NCBI GenBank assembly: GCA_023427985.1
Contig: JAEYZM010000022.1
Coordinates: 30,760-94,759, forward strand
Origin: Bacteroidota bacterium
Lineage (GTDB): Bacteria > Bacteroidota > Bacteroidia > Sphingobacteriales > Sphingobacteriaceae
Direction of reading: 5' to 3'
Length of the DNA: 64,000 nucleotides
The notes below the pieces were generated by a model. It saw only the letters and a list, made by a program, of their open reading frames with translations, was not told the origin of the DNA and searched no databases. Of this stretch, positions 28,129-36,773 are shown one piece after another. Every line of letters starts with the position of its first letter. Within the stretch, counting starts at the first letter, position 1. The translations under genes and the position numbers were made by a program.

Positions 28129-28968
28129 ATGCTAAAAATCTCTAAGTCGCAATGGATATTAATTAGTGCATCAATTTTATTGATAGTAGGTATACTTTCA
28201 TTGAATATTAAAGCACCAAATACATCTAAAGCGGGTGAGAAAGAAAAGGGTAAAGAAACAGCAACTGTTTTAGACTTAAACGTTCTTAAATCACGAGCTT
28301 TACAAAGCGTACCTGGAGATGCCAAAGCAAAGATTCAATCTTTAGAGAATAAAGTTGAAGATTCAAAAGGCACAGCAAAAACTGAGGCGACTTTAGAATT
28401 AGCTGATGCATATTATGCTTACAAGCAATTCAGCGTATCTGGGTTTTACTTCTTACAAGAAGCGGAGAATTCGAATAATGCTGAATTGTTTGTGAAAGCA
28501 GGCGATGCATTTAGAGATGCATACAGAAATAATAACGACAGTACTACTACTCCGTTATTAGTGGAGAAAGCAAGAACAGCGTATGAGCGCGCAATGGAAC
28601 TTGATCCGAAAAATTTAGATGCAAAAACAGGTGTGGGTACATGCTATGTAGATGCATCGGAAAATCCAATGCAGGGAATTCAATTACTATTAGAAGTAGT
28701 AAAAGAACAACCTGAGAACGTAAATGCGAATATGAACTTAGGATTATTCTCAATGCGTTCGGGCCAATTCGATAAGGCTATAGGCCGATTTGAAACGGTA
28801 GTGAAAAATAAACCAAGTGCTGAGAGTTATGCATTATTAGCAGAGGCACATGAGCAAACTGGCGATAAAAAGTCGGCCATTGCTGCACTTAACAAAGCAA
28901 AAGAATATGTAATTGATCCTCAAATATTACAAGGGATTGATGCTTATATAAAAACATTAGAAAAATAA
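28129..28968 (+). CDS. TPR-repeat protein with N-terminal membrane anchor
   Basis: 279 aa. One N-terminal TM segment, then several TPR-like A..Y..A...DP.N motifs. Starts 2 nt after the HU stop. Confidence 0.7.
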   Translation: MLKISKSQWILISASILLIVGILSLNIKAPNTSKAGEKEKGKETATVLDLNVLKSRALQSVPGDAKAKIQSLENKVEDSKGTAKTEATLELADAYYAYKQFSVSGFYFLQEAENSNNAELFVKAGDAFRDAYRNNNDSTTTPLLVEKARTAYERAMELDPKNLDAKTGVGTCYVDASENPMQGIQLLLEVVKEQPENVNANMNLGLFSMRSGQFDKAIGRFETVVKNKPSAESYALLAEAHEQTGDKKSAIAALNKAKEYVIDPQILQGIDAYIKTLEK

Positions 28969-28993
28969 TTGTATCACTTTAAACATTGTACTT

Positions 28994-29083
28994 ATGCCAA
29001 GCGGTAAGAAAAGAAAAAGACATAAGATGGCTACTCATAAACGTAAAAAACGTTTAAGAAAGAATAGACATAAGAAAAAATAA
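28994..29083 (+). CDS. 29-aa highly basic peptide, ribosomal protein bS22-like (AURKAIP1/COX24-type)
   Basis: Absent from the ORF track because it is under 60 aa. ATG at 28994, TAA at 29081-29083. Product MPSGKKRKRHKMATHKRKKRLRKNRHKKK. Followed by a perfect terminator hairpin. Confidence 0.7.
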   Translation: MPSGKKRKRHKMATHKRKKRLRKNRHKKK

Positions 29084-29111
29084 TCGATCGATTATTTTAA
29101 CATCATTCAAC

Positions 29112-29145
29112 GTCTTGCACGACCGCATAGCGAATCGTGCAAGAC
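29112..29145 (+). terminator. rho-independent terminator
   Basis: GTCTTGCACGA / TCGTGCAAGAC is a perfect 11-bp stem with a 12-nt loop, followed by TTGTTATGT. Confidence 0.8.
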
Positions 29146-29221
29146 TTGTTATGTATGAATCTATTTAGCCGTTCTTTTTGTTAATGGCATGGATGTTTAG
29201 TGTGCAGGAAAGGAATTTACA

Positions 29222-30775
29222 TTGAATAAAGAACTGATTATTAATGCAAACCCAACAGGTGTGGTGCTTGCATTGATGCAGGACAAGCAATTGATAGAGC
29301 TCCACCACGAGAAGACAAATAATAACTACTCGGTGGGCGATATTTATTTGGGTAGGATTAAGAAAATTATGCCCGGCTTGAATGCTGCATTTGTGGATGT
29401 TGGATACGAAAAAGATGCATTCTTGCATTACCTCGACTTAGGATCTCAAGTGCAGTCGCTCTTGAAATATACCAAAAGAGTAAGAACAGCTCCACGCAAT
29501 GAAGTGATCAAACTCGAAAACTTCAGACTCGAAAACGATATCGATAAAGGTGGTAAAATCACCGAAGTATTGGGAAAGAATTTAATCATTCCAGTACAAG
29601 TTGCGAAAGAACCAATATCATCAAAAGGACCTCGATTAAGTTCGGAGATATCTATGGCAGGCCGATACGTAGTCTTAGTGCCATTCTCAGATACAATCTC
29701 TGTTTCTAAGAAAATTAAAACTGCTGCAGAAAGAAATCGATTAAAGAAAATTATCGAAAGTGTTAAGCCGAAAAATTTTGGTGTAATTATTCGTACGGTT
29801 TCAGAAGGTAAAGGAGTTTCTGAATTGCATAACGACCTCAACGAATTAGTTGCTCGTTGGGAATTATTTACATCTAAACTTGCAAGTACTGAACCATCGA
29901 AACGAATATTAGGAGAGATGGATAAGACATCAACGGTTTTGCGCGATATGTTGAATGCTTCGTTCAACTATATTCATGTTGATTCTCAAGAGATTTATGA
30001 AGACATTAAATCGTATATACATCAGATATCACCTGAGCAAGAAAAAATTGTTAAGCATTATAAGGGTAAGGAACAAATTTTTGAACATTTTGGTATTGAG
30101 CGTCAGATAAAAGGTTTGTTTGGAAAAACTGTGAACCTACCTGGGGGTGCGTATTTGATTATTGAACATACTGAAGCTTTGCATGTGATTGATGTGAACT
30201 CTGGAAATAGAAATACTACAGAAGTCAATCAAGAAGAAAATGCATTGCAAGTGAATATGGAAGCGGCTCGTGAGATTGCACGTCAATTGCGATTACGCGA
30301 TATGGGTGGGATTATTGTGGTAGATTTCATTGACATGCATAAGGCGACGAATAAGAAAATTCTTTTCGATCATTTGAAAGAGTTGATGTTAGAAGATCGC
30401 GCGAAGCATACGATTTTACCACCAAGTAAATTCGGCTTAGTACAAATTACACGTCAACGAGTTCGTCCAGAAATGAACATTGTAACTGTAGAAAAATGTC
30501 CAAGTTGTGGCGGTACTGGTGAGATCAAGGCAAGTATTGTAGTGCTCGACGATATAGAAAACAATCTAAGTTATATAGTAAACGAGCAAAACGAAAAAGG
30601 AATTACACTGCATGTGCATCCATTTGTTGAAGCGTATTTGAAGAAAGGAATTATTTCAGAGCGAATGAAATGGTATTTTAAATACAAGCAATGGATAAAT
30701 GTAAAAGCCGAACATTCTTTTCATTATTTGCAGTTTAAGTTTTTCAATTCGAAAGAGGAAGAGATTATTTTGTAG
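29222..30775 (+). CDS. rng: ribonuclease G (Rne/Rng family)
   Basis: 517 aa. N-terminal S1 domain (GDIYLGRIKKIMPGLNAAFVDVG). Catalytic core (VIDVNSG, GGIIVVDFIDM). Zn-link CPSCGGTG. TTG start. Confidence 0.9.
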   Translation: MNKELIINANPTGVVLALMQDKQLIELHHEKTNNNYSVGDIYLGRIKKIMPGLNAAFVDVGYEKDAFLHYLDLGSQVQSLLKYTKRVRTAPRNEVIKLENFRLENDIDKGGKITEVLGKNLIIPVQVAKEPISSKGPRLSSEISMAGRYVVLVPFSDTISVSKKIKTAAERNRLKKIIESVKPKNFGVIIRTVSEGKGVSELHNDLNELVARWELFTSKLASTEPSKRILGEMDKTSTVLRDMLNASFNYIHVDSQEIYEDIKSYIHQISPEQEKIVKHYKGKEQIFEHFGIERQIKGLFGKTVNLPGGAYLIIEHTEALHVIDVNSGNRNTTEVNQEENALQVNMEAAREIARQLRLRDMGGIIVVDFIDMHKATNKKILFDHLKELMLEDRAKHTILPPSKFGLVQITRQRVRPEMNIVTVEKCPSCGGTGEIKASIVVLDDIENNLSYIVNEQNEKGITLHVHPFVEAYLKKGIISERMKWYFKYKQWINVKAEHSFHYLQFKFFNSKEEEIIL

Positions 30776-30784
30776 TCATAAGAA

Positions 30785-30837
30785 AAATAGGAATTGCTTA
30801 ATTAGAAAAATAAATTCTAATTACTTAGTTCCTATTT
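30785..30837 (+). terminator. nested imperfect hairpin after rng
   Basis: Outer stem AAATAGGAA / TTCCTATTT. Inner stem TAATTAGAA / TTCTAATTA with a 7-nt loop. Confidence 0.55.
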
Positions 30838-30889
30838 CTTAAATACTATTCTAACATTTTTACTAAATTAGCTTAAACTAATTTAGCAT

Positions 30890-32278
30890 ATGCACTCTAC
30901 AAAGTTCCTATCAAGACTTCTAATTTGTACATTTCTATTTATAAATTCTCAAATATGTTTTGCGCAGCAAAACAAAGATTCAGTTTTTATTCGTTCTATC
31001 TACGATCAAGCATTAACGAATTCCGATTGTTATAATGTATTGAGGTATTTGTGTAAGGATATTGGTCCTCGATTGAGTGGTTCTGAAAATGCTGCGAGGG
31101 CGGTGAAGTATATGGAGCAGGTGATGAAGCAGTATAATTTTGATCGTGTGTATTTACAAGAGGTGATGGTGCCTAATTGGAAGAGATTGGGAGAGGCTAA
31201 AGCGAATATTATATCCGATAAAAAAATTCCTGTACAAATTTGTGCATTGGGTGGATCGGTTGCAACTCCTTCAAAAGGAATTACTGCTGAGGTAATTGAA
31301 GTGCAAAATTTTGAAGAGCTTGAAAAATTAGGGGAAGAAAAAATCAAGGGCAAAATAGTTTTTTTTAACAGGCCGATGGAACCTAAACACATTACTACTT
31401 TCAGAGCATATGGTGGGGCTGTAAATCAAAGAGGTAGTGGTGCAAGTATGGCTGCAAAATACGGAGCTCTTGCAAGTATCACGCGTTCTATGTCTTTGAA
31501 GAACGATGAACATCCGCATACCGGTGCCATGCGATATGAAGAAGGTGTTACTAAAATTCCTGCTGCTGCAATTTCAACTAAGGATGCCGATTTGTTAAGT
31601 GCGGCGATAAAGAAGGGCAATGCAAAATTATTTGTTCAGTTTAATTGTGAAACTCAGCCCGATGTTCTTTCATACAATGTGATTGGAGAAATTAAAGGAA
31701 CTGAATTTCCTGATGAAATAATTACAGTTGGAGGGCATTTAGATTCTTGGGATTTGGGTGAAGGGGCGCATGACGATGGTGCAGGTTGTGTGCAATCGGT
31801 AGAAGTATTAAGAATCTTTAAAAATTTAAATTACAAACCTAAACGTACCATTCGTGCGGTGATGTTTATGAACGAAGAAAATGGTTTGCGTGGTGGATTG
31901 AAATATTTGGAAGAGGCAGAACGATTAAAAGAAAAACATGTAGCTGCTATTGAATCGGATGCGGGTGGATTTACACCAAGAGGATTTGATATTGATGCAG
32001 AAGATGCAAGTATTCAAAAGATAAAATCATGGTCGAACTTATTAGCACCTTATGATTTGAATCAAATTAGTAAAGGTGGAAGTGGTGCCGACATTGGTCC
32101 TTTGAAAAAATTGGGTGGTGTTACCTTGATTGGTTATAGACCCGATTCGCAAAGGTATTTCGATGTTCACCATGCAGAAACGGATGTCTTTGAGTCGGTA
32201 AGTAAGCGCGAGTTAGAATTGGGAGCAGCTTCTATGGCTGCCTTGATTTATCTCTTGGATCAATACGGAACTAAATAA
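30890..32278 (+). CDS. M28-family zinc aminopeptidase with PA domain
   Basis: Signal peptide. Metal-binding GGHLDSWDLGEGAHDDGAG and MFMNEENGLRG. Confidence 0.85.
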   Translation: MHSTKFLSRLLICTFLFINSQICFAQQNKDSVFIRSIYDQALTNSDCYNVLRYLCKDIGPRLSGSENAARAVKYMEQVMKQYNFDRVYLQEVMVPNWKRLGEAKANIISDKKIPVQICALGGSVATPSKGITAEVIEVQNFEELEKLGEEKIKGKIVFFNRPMEPKHITTFRAYGGAVNQRGSGASMAAKYGALASITRSMSLKNDEHPHTGAMRYEEGVTKIPAAAISTKDADLLSAAIKKGNAKLFVQFNCETQPDVLSYNVIGEIKGTEFPDEIITVGGHLDSWDLGEGAHDDGAGCVQSVEVLRIFKNLNYKPKRTIRAVMFMNEENGLRGGLKYLEEAERLKEKHVAAIESDAGGFTPRGFDIDAEDASIQKIKSWSNLLAPYDLNQISKGGSGADIGPLKKLGGVTLIGYRPDSQRYFDVHHAETDVFESVSKRELELGAASMAALIYLLDQYGTK

Positions 32279-32338
32279 AAATTATCGGATATTTGATTGG
32301 ATGTTAGAACGCTTCTACATCGGCATAAATAAATCAAT

Positions 32339-33523
32339 ATGTTATTAGAGAAAATAAAAATGTTAAGTGAAAAATATTTTGTGGAGACACAAGGATATAG
32401 ACATCACTTGCATTCAAATCCAGAATTATCTTTTCAGGAATTTGAAACATCGAAATACATACAGGAACAATTAAAGTCGATGGGTATACCTTTCGAGATC
32501 AAAGCAAATACAGGGATTGTAGCGCTTTTGAAGGGAAAGAATGCCGATAAAAAAACGGTGGCCTTGCGTGCCGATATTGATGCATTGCCGATACAAGAAA
32601 CAAATGAGGTTTCGTACAAATCGAAAAATGCGGGAGTGATGCATGCATGCGGACACGATGTGCATACATCATCTTTATTGACCGCATTAAAAATTTTAAA
32701 TGAATTAAAAGATTCATTCGATGGAACCGTGAAAGGAATTTTTCAGCCAGCGGAAGAAAAATTACCCGGTGGTGCAAGTATCATGATTAAAGAAGGAGCT
32801 CTCGAAAACCCACGTCCAGCAAGCATTGTAGGGCAACATGTGATGCCATTGATTGAATGTGGTAAGGTTGGATTTAGGTCGGGAAAATATATGGCGAGTA
32901 CCGATGAGTTGTACATCAAAGTGATTGGGAAAGGTGGACACGGTGCTATGCCGCATCTGAATATCGATCCGGTATTGATTGCATCGCATATGATTGTTGC
33001 CTTGCAACAGGTTGTTAGTAGGTCGGCCGATCCTAAAATGCCGAGTGTATTATCATTTGGAAAAGTGATTGCAAACGGAGCAACGAATGTAATTCCAAAC
33101 GAAGTTTATATAGAAGGAACCTTTAGAACATTGGATGAAGATTGGCGTGCAAAAGCGCATGAAATTATGAGTTCTATGGCAAAAGGGTTGGTAGAAAGTA
33201 TGGGTGGTAAATTGGAATTTGAGATCAGAAAAGGATATCCATTTTTAGTGAATGATCCGGAAACCACTGAAAATGCTAGGCTTGCGGCTATAGAATATTT
33301 AGGTGATGAGAATGTAGTAGACTTAGACATCTGGATGGCAGCAGAAGATTTTGCATTTTATTCGCAAGTAATGCCAGCAACATTTTACAGATTAGGAACA
33401 GGAAATAAATCGAAAGGAATCACTGCATCGGTACATACACCGAATTTCGATATTGATGAGAATGCTTTGAAACATTCGCCGGGGTTGATGGCTTGGATAG
33501 CACTTAAACAATTAAGAGTTTAG
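32339..33523 (+). CDS. M20D amidohydrolase (N-acyl-amino-acid amidohydrolase type)
   Basis: HACGHDVH motif, HRHHLHSNPELSFQE N-terminus and GGHGAMPH. 394 aa. Confidence 0.9.
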   Translation: MLLEKIKMLSEKYFVETQGYRHHLHSNPELSFQEFETSKYIQEQLKSMGIPFEIKANTGIVALLKGKNADKKTVALRADIDALPIQETNEVSYKSKNAGVMHACGHDVHTSSLLTALKILNELKDSFDGTVKGIFQPAEEKLPGGASIMIKEGALENPRPASIVGQHVMPLIECGKVGFRSGKYMASTDELYIKVIGKGGHGAMPHLNIDPVLIASHMIVALQQVVSRSADPKMPSVLSFGKVIANGATNVIPNEVYIEGTFRTLDEDWRAKAHEIMSSMAKGLVESMGGKLEFEIRKGYPFLVNDPETTENARLAAIEYLGDENVVDLDIWMAAEDFAFYSQVMPATFYRLGTGNKSKGITASVHTPNFDIDENALKHSPGLMAWIALKQLRV

Positions 33524-33526
33524 AAT

Positions 33527-33580
33527 TAAGAGTTAAGAACGGATTTCTGCAAAATTGCACATCATCGTTCTTAACTCTTA
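33527..33580. terminator. bidirectional hairpin terminator
   Basis: Perfect 15-bp stem TAAGAGTTAAGAACG / CGTTCTTAACTCTTA with a 24-nt loop. Flanked by a TTTAGAAT / ATTCTAAA pair that contains the stop codons of both convergent genes. Confidence 0.8.
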
Positions 33581-33590
33581 ACTCAACATT

Positions 33591-34844
33591 CTAAATTAAC
33601 AAACGTACTGGTTCTTCCAACAATGACTTCAACGTTTGCAAGAACGCTGCACCTGTTGCGCCGTCTACCACACGGTGATCGCATGATAAAGTTAACTTCA
33701 TAATATTTCCAGGAACAACTTGACCGTTCTTCACAACTGGCACTTGTTGAATTCCTCCAACCGCTAGGATACATGCATCAGGCGGATTGATGATTGCTGT
33801 GAATTCATCGATACCAAACATTCCTAAATTAGAAATGGTAAATGTAGATCCTTCCCAATCGCTCGGTTGTAATTTTTTATCTTTTGCTTTCTGTGCGAAA
33901 TCTTTTACTTCAGCAGAAATATGCGACAATGATTTTCCATCGGCAAAGCGAACAACTGGCACCAATAATCCTTCGTCAACTGCAACTGCAACACCAATGT
34001 TTACATGTTCGTTGTAACGAATTTTATCACCTAACCACGATGAGTTTACCTTCGGATGTTGCTTCAATGCAACAGCTACTGCTTTTAGTACAATATCGTT
34101 GAATGAAATTTTTACTGATGCCATTTCATTCATCTTCACTCTTGCTTCCATTGCTGCCGACATGTCGACAGTCATTTTTAAGTAGAAGTGTGGAGCAGTA
34201 AATTTACTTTCTGATAAACGTTTCGCAATGGTCTTACGCATTTGCGAAACTGGAACTTCAGTATATTTTTCAGTACCAATAAATGTTGGAATGCTGATGC
34301 TTGGAGCGCTTGATTTCGATGCTGCACTTGGAGTGAAACTCTCTACATCTTTCTTAATGATTCTTCCATTTTCAGCAGAGCCTTTTACTTGCGATAAGTC
34401 GATGCCTTTCTCCGCAGCTAATTTTTTCGCTAATGGCGATGCTTTAACTCTAGAATCATTTGAACTATTCGATGAATTTTCTACAACTGCCTGGGCGCTT
34501 GAATTACTAGAGCTTGCCGATGTAGTGCTAACTGCAACTTCTTCTTTTTTCGATTCAGCTGCTGCTGCAGCAGGTGCTTCATTTAATAATGCTTGGTAAT
34601 CTTCACCTTCTTTACCTAAGATGGCAATGATGGTATCAACAGGAACTGCTTTACCTTCTTCAACACCGATATATAAAATAGTTCCTTCTTGGAAGGACTC
34701 AAAATCCATAGTTGCTTTGTCGGTCTCCACTTCCGCCACTAAATCGCCCGACTTTACTTTATCACCTACTTTTTTATGCCACTTAGCCAATACCCCTTCT
34801 GTCATGGTATCGCTCATCTTCGGCATTCTTACTACTTCAGCCAT
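33591..34844 (-). CDS. pyruvate dehydrogenase complex dihydrolipoamide acetyltransferase (E2)
   Basis: Lipoyl domain (VETDKATMDFES). Ala/Ser linker. E3/E1-binding domain (SPLAKKLAAEKGIDLSQV). Catalytic DHRVVDG. Confidence 0.9.
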   Translation of the reverse strand: MAEVVRMPKMSDTMTEGVLAKWHKKVGDKVKSGDLVAEVETDKATMDFESFQEGTILYIGVEEGKAVPVDTIIAILGKEGEDYQALLNEAPAAAAAESKKEEVAVSTTSASSSNSSAQAVVENSSNSSNDSRVKASPLAKKLAAEKGIDLSQVKGSAENGRIIKKDVESFTPSAASKSSAPSISIPTFIGTEKYTEVPVSQMRKTIAKRLSESKFTAPHFYLKMTVDMSAAMEARVKMNEMASVKISFNDIVLKAVAVALKQHPKVNSSWLGDKIRYNEHVNIGVAVAVDEGLLVPVVRFADGKSLSHISAEVKDFAQKAKDKKLQPSDWEGSTFTISNLGMFGIDEFTAIINPPDACILAVGGIQQVPVVKNGQVVPGNIMKLTLSCDHRVVDGATGAAFLQTLKSLLEEPVRLLI

Positions 34845-34883
34845 ATTTCTTTTTTGTTAAGAATTGTCGTTAATAAAATATTA

Positions 34884-35876
34884 TTAGTCCATGATGTATG
34901 GATAATCACTTTGAACGTACACATCGGTATACAATTCAGAAGGATCTGGATACGGTGATTCTTCAGAGAAACGCACTGATTCTTCCACAATATCTTTTAT
35001 CTTTTGATCAATTGATTCTATCCAAGCTTCATCGGCATATTTCTTTTTCAAGATAGTTGCTTTTACTTGCTCAATAGGATCTTTCGATTTGTATTCTTCA
35101 ACTTCTTCTTTCGTTCTGTATTTCGCTGGGTCCGACATTGAGTGACCTTTGAAACGGTAGGTTCTGATTTCTAAGAAAGTTGGTCCTTCGCCTTTTCTAG
35201 CTCTGTCAACCGCTCTATCCATTGCATCGTGAACTGCTTCACAACTCATACCATCAACTGGTTCCGATGGCATATCGAATCCTAAACCAATTTTGTAAAT
35301 ATCTGTAAGGTTCGTTGTTCTTTGTACCGATGTTCCCATGGCATAACCGTTGTTCTCGCAAATGAAAATCACTGGCAATTTCCAAAGCATGGCCATGTTG
35401 AATGTTTCGTTCAATGCACCTTGACGTACCGCACCATCGCCCATATAACAAACACATACATTATCTGTTCCTTTATATTTTTCAGCGAAAGCAATTCCAG
35501 CGCCCAATGGAATTTGTCCACCAACGATTCCATGTCCACCATAGAAATTATGTTCTGCTGAGAACATATGCATCGATCCACCTTTACCTTTTGAACAGCC
35601 TGTTACTTTACCGTATAATTCAGCCATCACCGCATTTGCAGTAACACCTTTTGCTAAAGCATGTGCGTGATCTCTGTAGGCAGTAATCATTCCGTCTTCA
35701 TGTCTCAATACCGACATTGCGCCAGCAACAACTGCTTCCTGTCCGATATATAAGTGACAAAATCCACGAATCTTTTGTTGTCCGTATAACTGACCAGCAC
35801 GCTCTTCAAATTTACGCATCAACTGCATCGATTCGTACCAGTTCAAATAAGTCTCTTTTGTAATCTTAATCGCCAT
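34884..35876 (-). CDS. pdhA: pyruvate dehydrogenase E1 alpha subunit
   Basis: TPP-binding YMGDGAVRQGALNETFNMA and YRFKGHSMSDP motifs. 330 aa. Confidence 0.9.
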   Translation of the reverse strand: MAIKITKETYLNWYESMQLMRKFEERAGQLYGQQKIRGFCHLYIGQEAVVAGAMSVLRHEDGMITAYRDHAHALAKGVTANAVMAELYGKVTGCSKGKGGSMHMFSAEHNFYGGHGIVGGQIPLGAGIAFAEKYKGTDNVCVCYMGDGAVRQGALNETFNMAMLWKLPVIFICENNGYAMGTSVQRTTNLTDIYKIGLGFDMPSEPVDGMSCEAVHDAMDRAVDRARKGEGPTFLEIRTYRFKGHSMSDPAKYRTKEEVEEYKSKDPIEQVKATILKKKYADEAWIESIDQKIKDIVEESVRFSEESPYPDPSELYTDVYVQSDYPYIMD

Positions 35877-35901
35877 ATTTTTATTTTGATCAAATGAATC
35901 G

Positions 35902-35909
35902 CAAATCTA
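35902..35909 (-). promoter_or_regulatory. candidate -7 box (TAnnTTTG)
   Basis: Minus strand reads TAGATTTG exactly, 25 nt upstream of the pdhA ATG. Confidence 0.45.
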
Positions 35910-36091
35910 TTAATTAAAATACTAAAAATTAAATCTTATCGCATTATATCTATAATTTAATTAATTGAAAATCAGCACTAATTGTTTGATTGCGACACAA
36001 ATAATAAATACTGTACTAAGTACACGAAGTAAAAATGGGCATATTCTCGAGATTTCTTATTTTTGGGACTATTTTAACGAATACGAGGAGA

Positions 36092-36670
36092 ATGAAGAGG
36101 ATATTATCTGTTTTATTATTGATAATCATAGTGTTTGCATTTGGCGAAGCGAATGCTCAATTCTCTCGTAAGAAACAAAAGAAACTTAAGTCGGCATTTT
36201 TTGACGAGGAGAGTATTCCTAAAGACAAAGAAGTTTTAGACCCCGACACCTTACGTTTTCAATTCCATGCTCAAAAAGTTGGAGTTAGTTTAGATACTTC
36301 TTCCAATTTAAATCTTTACTATAAAATTTATGAGTGGGTAGGCACACCTTATAGGTATGGTGGAGAGACGAAAAAAGGAATTGATTGTTCTGCTTTCACA
36401 AATGTAATTTATGAAAGTGTGTACAATATAGACTTGGAGAGAGATTCAAGAAGTATATTTCAACAAACACAAATTATTCCGAGGTCTGAATTGCGCGAAG
36501 GAGATTTAGTATTTTTTAGAATACGAAGAGGAGGAGTTTCACATGTTGGAGTTTATTTAGGGGATAATAAATTTGTACATGCCTCAACGCAAAGGGGAGT
36601 TATCATTTCAGATTTAAGAGAGGATTACTACCGCCGATATTACTACAAATCGGGACGAGTAAGAAAGTAA
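36092..36670 (+). CDS. NlpC/P60 (C40) cell-wall peptidase
   Basis: I start it at ATG 36092 (MKRILSVLLLIIIVFAFGEANAQ signal peptide) rather than 36035. Catalytic Cys in GIDCSAFT and His in SHVGVYLG. Confidence 0.85.
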   Translation: MKRILSVLLLIIIVFAFGEANAQFSRKKQKKLKSAFFDEESIPKDKEVLDPDTLRFQFHAQKVGVSLDTSSNLNLYYKIYEWVGTPYRYGGETKKGIDCSAFTNVIYESVYNIDLERDSRSIFQQTQIIPRSELREGDLVFFRIRRGGVSHVGVYLGDNKFVHASTQRGVIISDLREDYYRRYYYKSGRVRK

Positions 36671-36773
36671 AATTTCATCCAAAGCTAGTATTGAATTGAT
36701 TTAATGTTATACAATACAAGCAAAATACTTATTACAAATAAATTTATGGGCGATAGTTTGTAGTAGAGTAATT

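Noticed and set aside
29446-29967. 173-aa antisense ORF inside rng. Similar long antisense ORFs occur at 42030-42530 (in htrA), 8731-9162 (in the kinase), 12808-13167 and 12397-12705 (in asmA), 31030-31392 (in the M28 peptidase) and 34228-34599 (in E2).
   Set aside because: All lie fully within well-supported conserved genes on the opposite strand. Their products are low-complexity (Ser/Phe/Ile/Leu-rich) with no recognisable motifs and no obvious promoter or terminator. They are typical mirror-frame artefacts of the sense-strand codon bias.
35965-36171. 68-aa ORF in the pdhA / NlpC-P60 intergenic region.
   Set aside because: It overlaps the signal-peptide region of the NlpC/P60 gene in another frame. 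Its composition is implausible (Cys/Ile/Asn-rich) and it has no motif. The region is better explained as promoter DNA for the two divergent genes, and it contains an exact -7 box for pdhA.
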